From an uncultured bacterium (GTDB lineage: Bacteria > Fidelibacterota > Marinisomatia > Marinisomatales > TCS56): 64,000 bases of DNA. Shown here one piece after another: positions 63,972 to 64,000 of the stretch. The DNA lies in contig CAYPJE010000007.1 of the NCBI GenBank assembly GCA_964410945.1, forward strand, positions 28,733-92,732. Direction: 5' to 3'. The stretch's first letter is position 1, and each line of letters opens with the position of its first letter. Below the pieces are notes generated by a model that ran no database searches, had not been told where the DNA came from, and was given only the letters and a program-made list of their open reading frames with translations. Both the position numbers and the translations under genes were made by a program.

Positions 63972-63996
63972 GGCAGGCCGAAAGGTCTGCCTTGTT
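63972..63996 (+). terminator. putative Rho-independent terminator
   Basis: ggcaggcc-gaaa-ggtctgcc (8-bp stem including one G-U pair, GNRA loop) followed by ttgttatat. Confidence 0.5.
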
Positions 63997-64000
63997 ATAT

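Overview
This is a 64-kb chromosomal window from a Gram-negative bacterium. Three secreted proteins end in a YPNPFN...VYF.R...K type-A T9SS sorting domain, which suggests the FCB/Bacteroidota-like superphylum; I cannot name the taxon. I support about 50 CDS. I recognised no rRNA, tRNA, CRISPR, prophage or known defence genes.

Layout:
- (1) 1-11.1 kb: a purine-type molybdenum-hydroxylase locus. A ThrC-like PLP enzyme and a first 2Fe-2S/FAD subunit pair come first, then an IS200-like Y1 transposase. After that comes a YgfK-like flavoprotein, an 8-oxoguanine-deaminase-like amidohydrolase, and FAD, 2Fe-2S and Mo subunits, in the same order as E. coli ygfK-ssnA-ygfM-xdhD.
- (2) 11.1-12.4 kb: a non-coding repeat island. 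It holds four REPIN-like inverted doublets of a GTAG-flanked hairpin and a GC-rich array of 18 indel-free 22-bp units.
- (3) 12.4-19.9 kb: lspA, two secreted amidohydrolases, an SDR and a hybrid histidine kinase.
- (4) 20.1-23.3 kb: an orphan glycyl-radical enzyme with a short activase.
- (5) 23.3-38.8 kb: housekeeping and miscellaneous genes, including ispG, comM, pcm, dut, an M1 peptidase, and CIRCE-groES-groEL.
- (6) 38.8-39.6 kb: a second non-coding island with another 22-bp tandem array.
- (7) 39.6-42.7 kb: nitroreductases and a beta-lactamase-family hydrolase.
- (8) 42.9-60.6 kb: a divergent amino-sugar/muropeptide salvage supercluster. It carries AmpG-like MFS, a DUF5009 acetyltransferase-like membrane protein, a leaderless SpoIID-like protein, a BadF-type sugar kinase, a tandem GT2, an esterase/beta-lactamase fusion, an SSS transporter, GNAT, AnmK, CE4, GH9 and GH20.
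- (9) 60.7-64 kb: a 928-aa T9SS cargo protein of unknown function.

The most unusual signals are non-coding: the two 22-bp periodic arrays and the GTAG-REP doublets. After those come the orphan GRE/activase pair and the composition of the muropeptide cluster. All functional calls rest on motifs read by eye; no database search was possible.
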